Positions 14,105 through 27,485 of a DNA stretch of 64,000 bases are shown piece after piece. The position numbers were made by a program, and so were the translations under genes. Positions within the stretch are counted from its first letter, which is position 1. Each line of letters begins with the position of its first letter. The notes under the pieces were generated by a model, which was given only the letters and a program-made list of their open reading frames with translations, had not been told where the DNA came from and made no database searches. Source of the stretch: Octopus bimaculoides (Eukaryota); the NCBI RefSeq assembly GCF_001194135.2, contig NC_068982.1, positions 60,671,149 to 60,735,148 on the forward strand. The letters run 5' to 3'.

Positions 14105-14560
14105 AAAAGTTCTTGAATTCATTTCAATATTAAAAAGCTTTAAGAAGTTTGCATATTATCTTTATTACTGTCATTGACACTACATCCAACAACACCAAGT
14201 GTATTGCTCATGATTAATAAGAAAATACTTGTTATGCAATACATTGTATACTGTGAGCAATTTTCATTCTAAGACTGCGTTATTTTTGTCAAATACTACA
14301 AATATTTATTTTTTTCATTCTTTTCTCATCCTTCTTGGATTTAAACCATAGATTAACCAACTTTTATTGCTATAATAATTGAAGATGGGCTACTTTTTCT
14401 TGAAAGTAATTTTATGCACAGAGTAAAAATATTTATATTATTTTTCAAATTGAAATTTCACTTTGAAATTGAATAAGTTCACCAATATGTTAAAAAAAAA
14501 TAAGATGCATTTCATAAAATTTATCATCCCTATTAAAATTTTTTATGACTAAATAAAAAT
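14105..14560. repeat. Direct duplicate of 11774-12244
   Basis: AAAAGTTCTT(C/G)AATTCATTTCAATATTAAAAAGC... through ...GACTAAATAAAAAT is present at both sites; 2 differences in the first 82 nt, 15 in the next 204 nt, plus small indels. Confidence 0.97.
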
Positions 14561-14581
14561 ATTACTTATATTCATTTACAC

Positions 14582-14596
14582 ATTATTATTATTATT

Positions 14597-14652
<56 letters not shown>

Positions 14653-14680
14653 TATTATTATTATTGGTGTTGTTGTTGTA
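14582..14680. repeat. Compound trinucleotide microsatellite (ATT)n(ATC)n(ATT)n(GTT)n
   Basis: Read directly; begins just after the end of the 14105-14560 duplicate. Confidence 0.95.
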
Positions 14681-16479
14681 GGTTACTTCAATTATTTTTG
14701 TTTCCTCTCAAGCATTTTGTTGCATAAACTAAATATGTATTTTATCAAAGTTCACAAACAGCGGAAATGCTTCAGTAACTATGTCATCATTTCTAATCTC
14801 AAGTGAAGATTGTTTTAAAAATTAAGATAATAGTTGTAATTCTTAAGTACAATGAAAATAATTTCTATTTAGGTATTTCTAATCTTTAGAATCTACAGCA
14901 AAAGAAACATGTGAAACATTTATGTTTGTTTTCTAACTCTGGAAAAGAAGAAAGACTATATATTCAAGAAAATCATTTTCCTTGTTCTTTCTTCACCCTG
15001 AAAATTTTGTGAAATTTTACTATTGTTATCTTTAGATTTTATGTAGTATGTTTTCTTTTTTTACATCTGATCTGATTTATTTTGTTCTACTTTTATGATT
15101 CATTGAAGTGGGTGGAGTCTTTTTCATTGTAAGTTATTGTATTTCTTAATGTTTAGTTTTGATTCATTCTTCCCTGACCTATCAATTTAGCTTCCTGCCA
15201 TTAACCCTTCATGTACCAAAGTTTTATTGAAACTAGTTTTTTTAATCTGAAATATGAGTTCAACAAAGTACTTGTAACTACTTTATTACATTTTCAGCAG
15301 AATTTTTCTAACCTTCTGTTGCCACTGTATAGACAACAGCTGTGAATATTTTATTTACTAGAAATTTAAAACTTTTTACACTTGTATTTCTTTAAACACA
15401 TTTTATATATAAGAAAAAAAAAAAAATTCTGGTATGTTATTATCAATACTTTTGTAAACATGTTATTTATTTTCTTCATAAACTAAAAATCCACATGTGG
15501 GACTACTTTTTTTAATAATTTTATATTATATCAAAAGTGAAGAAGTTCTCTAAATACTGATTTATGTTTCTTTACATGAATTAACTTTTCAGTTAGCTAT
15601 TCCAAATCAAAGCATCTTTACCTATAAAGCTGCATTTTCTCGTAGATTGTACAACATACAACTGGTAGATAATATATATAAGAGCTCCTGAAAAGGCTCA
15701 TTCATTCATAAAAAGAAATGAAAACAATAATTTAAAGTGTAAAAATTTATTTAGTAAGATTTTAAATAGTTTTTGTATTTCAAAAATAAACTAAGCTATT
15801 GTTGAATTACTCTAGTGTAACAAAATACTGAAGTTGGTAAAGAGCTTTTTAGAATAAAAGGATATATAGACGGAATTTTACAAATTTGTGCTGTTGTATT
15901 AAGTTTAAAAGATGCATGCATCTTGTCATTTAACGGTTAATGTTTAGGTACAAACATACAATGTTCTTTTACTAAAACCACAGTATCAATTTAATAGAAT
16001 CGTTCTAAGACAAATGTACATACTTCCATGAATCCCAACAGGCTTACTAAGGTTGCTACTTAGCTCTTATTTTATAGTTAAATAAGTAAATTTTTCTTTA
16101 ATTTGAATATATACCTTATCATAAGAGATCAATTAACTAAAACCCACGTGGTTAGGTGTACTTCACAAATATAGAGTGCATTGCTCACAGGGAGATAGAA
16201 CAGAACACTTACTAGTTAGTATTCAATGCTATATGAATTCATAAATCTAAGTAGTATGGAATCAAACACTTTATTTAAGTACAAGCAAATTATCCTGATA
16301 TAGCTCAAATTGCTTTGCTTTGAGCTCTCTGTGTTGGGCTCCCCACGTTGGGCCCCCTGTTTTGAGCTCTCTGCTCATGTCATGAGAAGTCAATTCTGAC
16401 AAAACTCATCTCTCTCCTCTTCAGGTCTGATTATTGCTGATTTCTACCAGAGGTAGAAAGAGAGAGAAACAAGATTATC

Positions 16480-16630
16480 AACTCCAGTACTCGACTAGTA
16501 CTTTGTATATCAACCCAAAGTGAATAAAAGACAAAGTTGACTTGGTAGGATTTGAACTCAGAGTGCAAAGAGCTGGAACAGACATCACAGGGAATTTTTT
16601 TTTTTTTTTCAATGCTCCAGTGATTCTGTC
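16480..16630 (-). mobile_element. Degenerate SINE, family B
   Basis: GTACTTTGTATATCAACCC...ATAAAAGACAAAGTTGACTTGGTAGGATTTGAACTCAGA is the reverse complement of B-box plus GTCAACTTTGTCTTTTAT...AGTAC. Confidence 0.7.
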
Positions 16631-17145
16631 AATTCACCACATTAATCTAATTCGCTAGTGAAGAAAACTAAGGCATATAGAATTTACCATGTCTTGCCTA
16701 GAGCTACAGCAAAATGTCGATAGTAAGATTTTGAGCTCATGACCCATGAAACAGTAGACTGCTACCATTCATAGTGCACATATATACATATGTATGTGGC
16801 CAGAACATTACCACTTTCATCAAGTATATACAAAGGAGAGAGGTAGCAGGGGTAATTTCATAAGACGTCACTGTTGCTATGTATAAAACCAGGATAGCTA
16901 AGAGAACTCAACTCATCGATATGAACAGTGAATGGAATTAAATTGTGTATGTTAATGTATATGTGTGTGTACATATATACACATGCACACACACACATGC
17001 ACTTTGTTATATATATTATATACACATCATGAATAATAGATATTATATAATATATGCAATATATATATACTATATAAATATACAGATATATTATGTATAT
17101 TTTTATATATATACACATACATGTGTGTGTGTGTGTGTGTATACC

Positions 17146-17193
<48 letters not shown>

Positions 17194-20100
17194 NNNNNNN
17201 NNNNNNNNNNNNNNNNNNNNNNNNNNNNNNNNNNNNNNNNNNNNNNNNNNNNNNNNNNNNNNNNNNNNNNNNNNNNNNNNNNNNNNNNNNNNNNNNNNNN
17301 NNNNNNNNNNNNNNNNNNNNNNNNNNNNNNNNNNNNNNNNNNNNNNNNNNNNNNNNNNNNNNNNNNNNNNNNNNNNNNNNNNNNNNNNNNNNNNNNNNNN
17401 NNNNNNNNNNNNNNNNNNNNNNNNNNNNNNNNNNNNNNNNNNNTATATATATATATATATATATATATAGTTAATGGAAATTAACTAGAATATTGTAAAA
17501 GTAGATTAGCTTTTTCCTAATTCTTTTTCTTTTTTTATGGGAAACAACATTAACATGATCAATATATAAAAAAAAGTATTAATCTGAACAGTCTTTCATT
17601 TTCTCCATTTTTTTTTTTTTTTACCACCCACCCACCTTTTGCAGTTCAGTTAAAGCTAAGGATATTTATTAAATGAATTTGTTAAACATTACATCTCTGG
17701 GTTTGGATAACATGTAACTAAACTGTGGCTATGGTTGAGTGGTAGGTTATTTTATGAATGTTGATGTTTTATTGATAGTACTGGGTATATTATTGATTGA
17801 AGAGTATTGGGATTATGTACAAAATCAAATATTTTCTTTACCATGACTTTGATCAAAGCACCATTTGCTTACATTACAATATAATATCTGGCTTAGTTAC
17901 TCAGAGTGCCTTTGTTCACTGAAATGGTTAAGTTGTTTAAATTTAAATAGAGGACTTTCAATTACTTGTGTAAAGTGAAATATGGAGCTAATATAGTTGA
18001 AGTCAAAAATGTATGCAGACGAAAACTACTGAAATCATAGGAACCAGTCTAAGCTAGCTTGTTCTTTATCATTTTTACAACTTTGTCTTCTTCATTGTTG
18101 TCCTCTTTTGTTCAACTTCAAGCTAACTTAGGAATGGTATTCTCACTTTGAATACAGCCCACAATTGTGAACACATATTGATCCTCTGTTATATTGAATA
18201 GTGAACTGCTCTGCATGCATCAGTAGCAGGAGTATGTACATTCCTTTAGATCTATTTGTTGTTCAGGGCAGCACATGGTCATCCACGTCTTTTAGCAGTA
18301 GACAACCAAGCCACAAATAGCTCTTAAGTAGACTGCTTGAGAAGCAGGCATGTAAATGAAATGGCATTGTACACCTATGTTAGTATCACAATATAATGCT
18401 GACTGCATATTACAAACTTGCTTTTATTTTTAAGAGCTATTGACAAGTTTGATTTCATTCTTCTTGATATATATTAGTCAGGACCATCCAGAATTGCCGG
18501 CTTCTTCATGAGTATGTTTACTTCTTCAGATCATTGCTGTAGCTAGTTGGGGTCTTTTTGGGGTCATATTAAAACTCATTCATCCTGAAATATAAGTATA
18601 TTATGCATAGTAAATCTCTACATTGCGGAAATAGGTGCAGTATTTTCCTGACCAAAGAGAAGAGTGAAAGCAGTTGTTCTGAACTATCAAAGTCAAAATA
18701 CAATAATTATATCATAAAACCTTTGATAAATTCATGCGTCATAGCTCATAGAAAAACAGAAAGCTTCTGTTGAAAAATAAAACAATATGGCTATATTACA
18801 TTCCTTGCATTAGTAAAGAACTGCCGAAGGCAATAATTACCATTATAGTCAAAAGAATTTCATTGCAAACATGAATAACAATAATATAAAGTTTGTATTT
18901 GTCATGTAATTCATAACACAAGTGTTCTCAACAAATCTCTCTTCTTGTTAATATTAGTGTCTTCCTCTAAATATATTTCTCTATTTGTTAACAGCTTTCT
19001 TAATCCATAACATACATGCTACTTGGCTTTTTCTTTCTACTAAAGAAATATTTATAAGATATTCCGAATTTTCAGGTAAAAGCAATCGTAGTATTATTGT
19101 AGATGACAGAAAGCCTAAGATGTGTGTGTGTGTGTGTGTATACACACACACACAAACACACATATATATATGCACTTTACGTATATAGATATCTATATCA
19201 CATTTCTGAGTTTAAATCTCACCAGGGTCAACTGTGTATTTTATCTCTTATTTATATTACCCTGTTTTAAGTTTATCTCTTCATGCTAGCATTGTGGAAA
19301 GGCTTTTGTTACATTAACTGTTACAGCTAGATGCCTTTGCCTGCATTTCCCACCACTCATCTGTACAGGAGCAGAGCTTCTTCCTAGTGATAAACTGAGT
19401 GTGGTGAGGGGTGGGTAGACAATATAGTAGATGTAGGGAAATTTAAACATGCGACGATGTGGTCGGCAGTCCAGCCACCTTAACCTCACTGGCTTTGTAC
19501 CCAAAAAGTCAATAAAATAAATATAATTATTGCATTGAAGTTGAGTCAATCAACTATTCTCCTTCACTTTATGAAAAATATGTTTCACCAAAAAATCAAT
19601 ATCTCCATGCTGTAATACAAAGTAGATAACATTGTATGAGATCGGTAATTTATATAAACAGTAAGTAGAAAAACACAGGATAAATTTAATAACTTCTCAA
19701 ATCCATTTTAGATTTTAAAAGATACTAAACATAAATGAAATGAAACTTTTTAGGCACAAGCTATGCTATAGTAACAATGTTATAGTGTTAAACTTATGTT
19801 CTTATACTGATATCAAATCTTACCATACTTTCTTTGCCTTTCATCATACATTTTCACTCTCTTCAGCTATTATAAACATCATTAACTTCACTTCTATTTT
19901 CAGTGCTGACATAAGTTGTATAAGGTCTGTAATACATGACTTATCTCTATCATTTGCAGCTCCAACAAAGTATGTATCAGTTAAAAACAATGCTGTTGGT
20001 GGTAGTTTTAGTTATGTTGTATGTATTTCATGAGGTTTTTGGCATAGTTTTTTATTGCTGGATAGCCTCCCATCATTAATCTATACAATGGGGTGAACCA

Positions 20101-20838
20101 GCTGTATTTATCTTAACACAAACCCAAGAGAAGTTATCAACAACGTATTGGCATGAAACACTGCAACAAAGTGGACTAGATGAATTAATCAGAAAAGAAG
20201 TTGTCCTTTCCCAACCCCAACTCCTTAATTCACAATAGAATACATATCAATAATATATCAGTCTTGGTTTTGAATGCCTATTCTAACTTCTGTGTCATTA
20301 TTTAAAAATCAGTTGTTTCTGATTTGTTTTTTGTTTTTAGCATCTTTGAAACAAAAGAAAATTACCTGATTTAATGTTTATCAAAGACAGTTACTTATGT
20401 CGAATTTATGCTTGTAACAGACATCATTCAAATCAGATTTTGAGATCTTGAATTGTTCATTCATTTCTTCTCCAATTCATGGTGTGCTCTACTTAATTTT
20501 TGGGCATTATCTTAAACTCAAATTAAATTACATAATAATTCACCTGCTTCCAAGCTATTCTAACAATTTCAGAATTTCTTGTAGATAACTTAGTAAACAA
20601 TATTTACAATTTCTTTTCTACTTTTTCCTCTTTTTTTTTGCACTTCTGTCAACACATTCCTAATTGATTTCCCTTTTTATTTGGTATATTTATTAATTTA
20701 TTTCAGCACATTATAAGTACGAAAGCAATTACTTGATTTTTAACTAAATCTTTCTCAAAGCAAAGAAAGTTTCTCACATTTATTAACTACACAAGCTCAC
20801 CCCCTAACATAAATACTTCTTTTATTCTGTTATTTTTA

Positions 20839-20871
<33 letters not shown>

Positions 20872-22783
20872 TGCGATTGCCTAAGCAAAATGAAACATCT
20901 GGAGGAGGTACCATGCCAAAATTTAAAACCCACGTAACCCACAAATCTGATAGGCTGATAATAGGCCAGAATGATTTCTAGCTTGAAACAGAAAGTATTA
21001 ATCAATGAAATATCTGCCTGAAGTATTTGTGCACCATCAAAATGATTATGACAACAATGATAATTTTAGTATCAAATTTTCCTAACAGTGTTTCTAAACA
21101 TTTTAATTTTATAGAAAACTTACATAAAACTTGGAGTACTTTTAAATCATGCAGCCTCCTTAATAGGTCAGTTGATTGATCCTTAAATTAATTAATAAAC
21201 TTAGTAGTTTTAAACTAGTTTGTTAATGTGCAATGGATTTCCATCAGCAGTATCAAGAAGCACCACCAGATTACCAAATGTAACAATGCTATCAACCTGT
21301 CTTGAATTAAACTAAAATCCTAAGAGAGTGTTATCTAAGATGCTACTTAGAGATCCTCTCTGCAATGACTAATATATTGAGAAAAAATATTTTTTTGAGA
21401 ATTAAAATACCTGTTTATTTGAAATACTGTCTTAATATGTATATTCTATAACTTTAAATTATAATCTTTATATACAAAGGAACAAAAAGCATAGTGGATA
21501 TATTTAAAGAGTGGAACTTGTTTTCAATTAATTCTATCATTCGATACCACTTTTATTATTCATTTAGTACAGTAATAGAAAAAGCTACCTGAATTTAAAA
21601 CAATAACCTTATAACTTTGAATGAAATTATTAAATAATTACTTGTCACGATTTGCTTTTGGAGAATAAATGAATTTAAATCATGCCTTGTGTAAATTTTA
21701 TCATATTCCCATAAAATATCAAAATTATTAGTTTCTAATTTGAAAATTCTATAAAATTTGTCATTGTTTAAAAAATGATTTAGAACTAATAATGAAAATT
21801 TGTACTTTTTATTGAATTAATATTTTGTTTTTCTTTAAATCTACTAATTGTTTTCAGTGATTATAGTTTAATGTACTTCTTCAAAATGTGATCTTTTTTT
21901 AAATATTGAACCTAAACAAAAAAGGAAAAGGTGTACATTCTCGTATGATTGTTTCAGGCAAAATGATAAGTTCTTATGTGTAATTCCTAAAGCCTAAGAG
22001 TTGTAGAGTTAAGGTGAATGAATGGAAGCTAGAACATTCATGCATTTATCAGTCACTTGTCTTATGAATAATACATACATATGTGCAACTGATTGTAAAT
22101 GAAAGTAGCTACCTTACTGCATTGTGGACTCAATATATGTATATATATGTATATACATTCATATATCTATATATGTTTGTGTGTGTATGCATGTATATAT
22201 GTGTGTGTGTATGCATGTATATATATATATATATATGAAATCTACAGCTTGATGAGGTAGCTGTGTTGCTTCATGTATTTGGAAATTTTCTTAGTTATGA
22301 AAATAAGGATGTAGTATAGCATATTAACATTCATTTATACCAACATAATCAGTTGTATCATAGCAGAATAATATTTTACATAGATGACTTCTGTTTCATT
22401 TATTAAGGTTATTCAAAACATTTATTATGTACAATGTTCTTCCAATACATTCCCCAATAATTTTGATAACATAGTAACACTAGAATGGCAAAGGGAAGGG
22501 AACCATTTTTTTGTTGTGGACAATTTGCATTTATCTCTTTCTAGATCACATCCACTTTTTGGTGTAGATGAAAATAATGAATAACAACTCTCAAAGCAGA
22601 AGTGATGACAAGTATAATAAAGAGTATAGTTTTCAAAAAAGTTCGCTTTTGAAACTGTATCTGACCACCTCAATGATCAAATACTTCATTAAAAAAATGC
22701 AATTTCAAAAGAAGTTAAGGAATTATATATTTCATAGTTATGAAAAACCATTGAATTTCCACAGGTACACCTAGTTTGTATCA

Positions 22784-23110
22784 ACATCATCATCCTCATC
22801 AGTTAACATCCATTTTCCATGCTGGCATGTGTTGGATGGCTTGGCAGGATCTGATGGATCCAAGGACTGCATTATGCTCCAGTGTCTACTTTGGCATGGA
22901 TTCTGTGACTGGATGCCTTTCAAAATGTCAGCCACTTTACCATGTGCAATGGCTGCTTTTTCTATACTACCAGCACTAGTGAGAGTGCCATGCAACTTGC
23001 AAGCCTAGGCAGGTTTATGCCAGAAAATGGTATGGGCTAAAGTATGAGAGAAGGGGCCAAAACAAAACAGGTTTCTTGAAATAGAGGAGTTACATGACTC
23101 CACAATTTTA
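22784..23110 (-). mobile_element. Interspersed repeat family C (SINE or LINE 3' end with a (GAT)n tail)
   Basis: Plus strand CATCATCATCCTCATCAGTTAACATCCATTTTCCATGCTGGCATGTGTTGGATGG...CTGGATGCCTTT is colinear with 50031-50390 and, inverted, with 59825-60020. Confidence 0.8.
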
Positions 23111-24354
23111 GAAGAGAGGAGCTGTTTGGAAAATATAAAAATAGTGGAAATGGGTATGTAGAGGTTGCAAGAGTAAGACATGGGGAATGGGTGAAGGAGT
23201 GAATATAATGAATGAAGAACAAGTGTTGAAAGATAATAAATTGGCAAGGTAGGAAAGAGTAGGTGACAACTGTAGAGATTGGATAGGGGTGAGGAGTTGA
23301 TGTAGCAAATAATGGATAATGGAGGGAGCGGAATGTATGTGGGTGAAGAGCAGCAGAAACAATTCCCTTCATACATGAAATTAAGACTGTACTCTTATTA
23401 CTCTTTAGAATTTTATACAAAACTCAGATTGAGAATATTTTTACTGCACATTTCAGTAAATATTTACATTCCTCAATCAATTAAATTTCATCTTTTTTAT
23501 TACCTTTTTCTATTTTTACTCTTTTGTCTCTTGCTAAATATCAAGAAACAACTTGGGGTGATTTTCTTTAGTGTGAAAGTGTCTCAGCCCTCTTTTGCAT
23601 AATCTCCACTCCATTTAGTGTTGACACTGAACTTTGATGAGGTCATTCTTGGCTCTTTGTTTTCTTCAGCATTTATTTGGAACTCTAAACCAGATACAAT
23701 ATTTGTTAGCATTTCTTTCTATTGAGGTTTTACAAATTAATTCTATTTTTTCATTTTTTGTTATATTCCTCCTTTTTAATTTTAATATTTCTAGGAGTTT
23801 TTTGTTTTGTTTTTAATAGAGTTTTCTTGTTTTATAAAATCAATAACTTAGTCAATATAAAACTATGACTGATATTCATTCTATTCATAATTGCAAGGTA
23901 TTAAGAAAAATAACTTGAAAGAAATATTACCCTATTTTTAATATCTTTTTTTACTCTTTTATTTGAAAATTATAGATTCTATCATTAATATAAAATAAAA
24001 TATGCTAAGTTTTATTTCATTTTTGCTCATATACACACACAAACACATACTCACAAACATATACGCATCCTTATGCTCCAGTTTGTGTCTAAATTTTATA
24101 CAAAATATGAATAAAAACAAACAAAATTCCATGATTGTGCCATTTTCTAGATAAACTTAATGTACATGGTTATGATTTGGCATGAAAGCTATAATTAATA
24201 ATGTTTAAAATACTTATAATCTACCTACTTCAACATATAAATTACCACTTACTTTTCTCTATGTAAATTTGACAGGACTAAAAATTTGTATAAGAATTGC
24301 ATTTTATACTGTTGATATTTTATCGTTTCTACATTCAATATTTCTTTATTTCAG

Positions 24355-24381
24355 GATCAACTGAGTACCATAGGCGAAAAC
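24355..24381 (+). CDS. Candidate 27-nt symmetric microexon (DQLSTIGEN in phase 0), possibly an alternative BNC exon
   Basis: tttctttatttcAG|GATCAACTGAGTACCATAGGCGAAAAC|GTAAGT: strong acceptor, perfect GTAAGT donor, 9 codons, no stop in phase 0. No transcript evidence available. Confidence 0.4.
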
Positions 24382-25103
24382 GTAAGTTCATCCAAACTAG
24401 TCCAAAAGTTTGCATATATAATACATTAAAATGTAAAACTTTATATCAAGTTTATCTAGAATTGATAGGTTGTTTGGGATTAAAATAAGTTGGTTTCTTT
24501 TTTTTTTTTTAAAGAGAGATTACCTTTATATAAGATCTAGAGCATTCAGCACCTTTATCAAGATATAAACATGTGTGTGCATGTGTTGATTGTATATTTA
24601 TATGTATACATTATATGTGTATATACGTATGAGTATGTACATAATATATGTATATGTGTGGTGGGGTATACATACACGTATGTTCAAATGCTACTTTTGA
24701 TATAGCATTTTATTTCATAGTATTTTACCCTTCAGCAAACCTGAAATGTAGATATCACTACTTGCCCTTCACCATCGCTGTTTAGCGGCCTGGCTTTAGG
24801 TAAAACAATAAACAGGAATAATATTCAATCCAACAATATATGCACAAATAAACTTTTTTTTTTCTATTAGCCAACCTTACCTACTTTGTAAAAGCAGCTA
24901 TGCAGTGTATATGTGCATGTATGCACATCTACATGAATGTATGTGTGGGGTTTTTTTTTCTATTTTTATGGGAATTTCATGAATTGAAATAGTGTTTTTT
25001 ATTTTGGATTTTTTTTTTTTTTTGTAGCTAGTATATTGTTTTAATCATTAATTCTTGTAACAATATTTCTTTAGAAAAAATAACTTCAAACAATTTTTAC
25101 TTT

Positions 25104-25135
<32 letters not shown>

Positions 25136-25417
25136 NNNNNNNNNNNNNNNNNNNNNNNNNNNNNNNNNNNNNNNNNNNNNNNNNNNNNNNNNNNNNNNNN
25201 NNNNNNNNNNNNNNNNNNNNNNNNNNNNNNNNNNNNNNNNNNNNNNNNNNNNNNNNNNNNNNNNNNNNNNNNNNNNNNNNNNNNNNNNATGTATATAAAC
25301 ATTTTTGTATTTACATTTTGAAATTTCATCCTAAGAAAACAAATACTTGGATTTCTTAAGGAGTTGTTAATATTTACTAAACCATTCTTTTTTGTAATTT
25401 ACCCCATCACTAGCCTG

Positions 25418-25429
25418 TTATTGTTGTTG

Positions 25430-25491
<62 letters not shown>
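25418..25491. repeat. (GTT)n(ATT)n microsatellite
   Basis: Read directly. Confidence 0.95.
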
Positions 25492-25492
<1 letters not shown>

Positions 25493-25713
25493 CCCTTTAT
25501 CTTGATCACTATGTATTAAAAACTATTATTAAAAAGCAATGATGTTACTTTTAACAACCAATTTGATTGTTACCAGTTTTTCCAATTTCCCCACCACCAA
25601 ATTAAACAAAATCATTTTTTTACATATTTAACTACAAAAGCTGAAGGATGTAACTTACTTTCTTATAATTTACACACATACTATGTAATTATATATATTT
25701 GTATATTTATGTG

Positions 25714-25768
<55 letters not shown>

Positions 25769-25984
25769 TCACATTCAGTATTTATACTTTCAGAATTTTT
25801 TTCTGAGTGGCTAAGCATGTGTATGTATCTATATATGAACTTAAATGCATACAGACATTGTTTGCTTTGGTGTGCTTCATACAAAACGTTAAATATTAAT
25901 TTGAAGGGTCATTCAATATCTTTCAATTGAGTACCATATATGCTTTATTTTTTATACTGACGCATGACTTCTAAATCCAACTTT

Positions 25985-26090
25985 TTGAGGTTCATTCTCA
26001 ATGTGTGACACTTTAGACAAGAGTTTTCTACTATAGCCCCAGACCAACATAACCCTTGTCAATAGATTTGCTGGGTGGAAACAGTGTGTG
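25985..26090 (+). mobile_element. Degenerate family A SINE fragment
   Basis: GGTTCATTCTC...GACACTTTAGACAAGAGTTTTCTACTATAGCCCCAGACCAAC...CCTTGTCAATAGATTTG aligns to the family A head and centre. Confidence 0.65.
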
Positions 26091-26410
26091 TATGTGTGCA
26101 TATGTGCTGTTGTGGTTGTATTTCCTAGTTTTAGTCATTCATGAGGCTGTAAATGTGTAACATTGTCATACAAATCTTCATGTTGGTCATGGGGAAATAT
26201 TATCTAGCACACACACACATGCACATGTGCCACAGTGATGCATTGAACATAGCAATTCTACTCTAAAATGAACTGTTTTCAGTACTCACTTTTAGAAGAA
26301 ATAGTGCTAAGTACAATCCGCTACTGTGTCTGAGTGTGCATGTGTGATTAATATTCAAAATATCCATTTCTAATAAAACTCAATATATATATATTATATG
26401 TATTATTATA

Positions 26411-26453
<43 letters not shown>

Positions 26454-26463
26454 NNNNNNNNNN

Positions 26464-26507
<44 letters not shown>

Positions 26508-26872
26508 ATAAATTATGTATATATACACAACATATATATATGTGTGTGAAAACATATATATATATGTATGTATATGAACGTTTGTGACATTTTTATTATA
26601 TGTTTGCATATGCGTACTCTGTGTAACATACACATACACAACGGTTCAAGGAAATAAGCTTCACCTAAAGGCTCCAAGTCCACTAAAGGTGACATTTTAA
26701 TACCAACACTAGGACACTTAGGTAGGCCTGGCTCCCTTCTAGTGTCAGGAACCAATGAGCTGAAACGAAACACTTGCTTGACAGAGTTCTTCCTTTGAAG
26801 ATTTCTTCTGCTGTCCACTCACCCTATAGCAAGTTTTCATTTGCTTTTCAATATTATATATGATTATATATT

Positions 26873-26904
<32 letters not shown>

Positions 26905-27485
26905 CAGAGAGAGAGAGAGTGAGAGAGAGAGGTAGACAGGAAGATAGAGGCAGAGATAATTTGTATGTATGTTCATATGTATGTATGTTAACCTGTGATA
27001 TGGTACTTATTTAAAATATACATATGTAATATATATTATCTGTATGTACATATGTATGTGTTCATGTGTATTTTTTAACAATACTTATTTGAAATTTAAC
27101 AACCAATGTATTTTTGCTATTTTTTCTAAATTTCCATTTTTGTTACATTTGTATTTTTTATAAACTTCAAATTACAACACCAATAATCATATTAAATTCT
27201 ACCAACTTAGTACAAAATTTGCTACTTTGTCTCATCACTTATGAACTGGTCTATTCTAATGTAGTTTCTCCACAACAATTATATGGTTGAGAATTTCATT
27301 AAATCAATTAAGAGCAGATAAGTATTTATTTTGACTTCAGTGATTTAATATATTGTACCAATTCCCCCCCCCTCCCCCTTTTTTTTTGTAAGTAATACTT
27401 TTTTTAATAGCTTGTGGAGTGCAGTGGTTTGAGCACCTAGAATTTTCTTGGATGAGTTTATGGGATTTCAGCATATCAAGTAATA

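Noticed and set aside
15201-15330. TTAACCCTTCATGTACC, resembling a piggyBac-type MITE end
   Set aside because: No matching opposite TIR found and no alignable body.
16858-17484. ORFs of YIYI/CVCV/THTH type and ORFs running through N-gaps (also near 1028, 25709, 27337, 35828, 36960, 40029, 59375, 60070)
   Set aside because: They are translations of dinucleotide microsatellites or unknown bases, with no protein signal.
23005-23420. Three overlapping 84-127 aa minus-strand ORFs
   Set aside because: They result from a purine-skewed stretch continuing repeat family C; low-complexity S/L/P/F products without motifs.
25903-25925. GAAGGGTCATTCAATA, resembling a mariner TIR start
   Set aside because: Single short match with no partner TIR or transposase remnant.
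27400-27485. Open frame after an acceptor-like site running into the 416-N gap, considered as the missing BNC exon
   Set aside because: Translates as CGVQWFEHLEFSW..., unlike the expected ALDKL... start.
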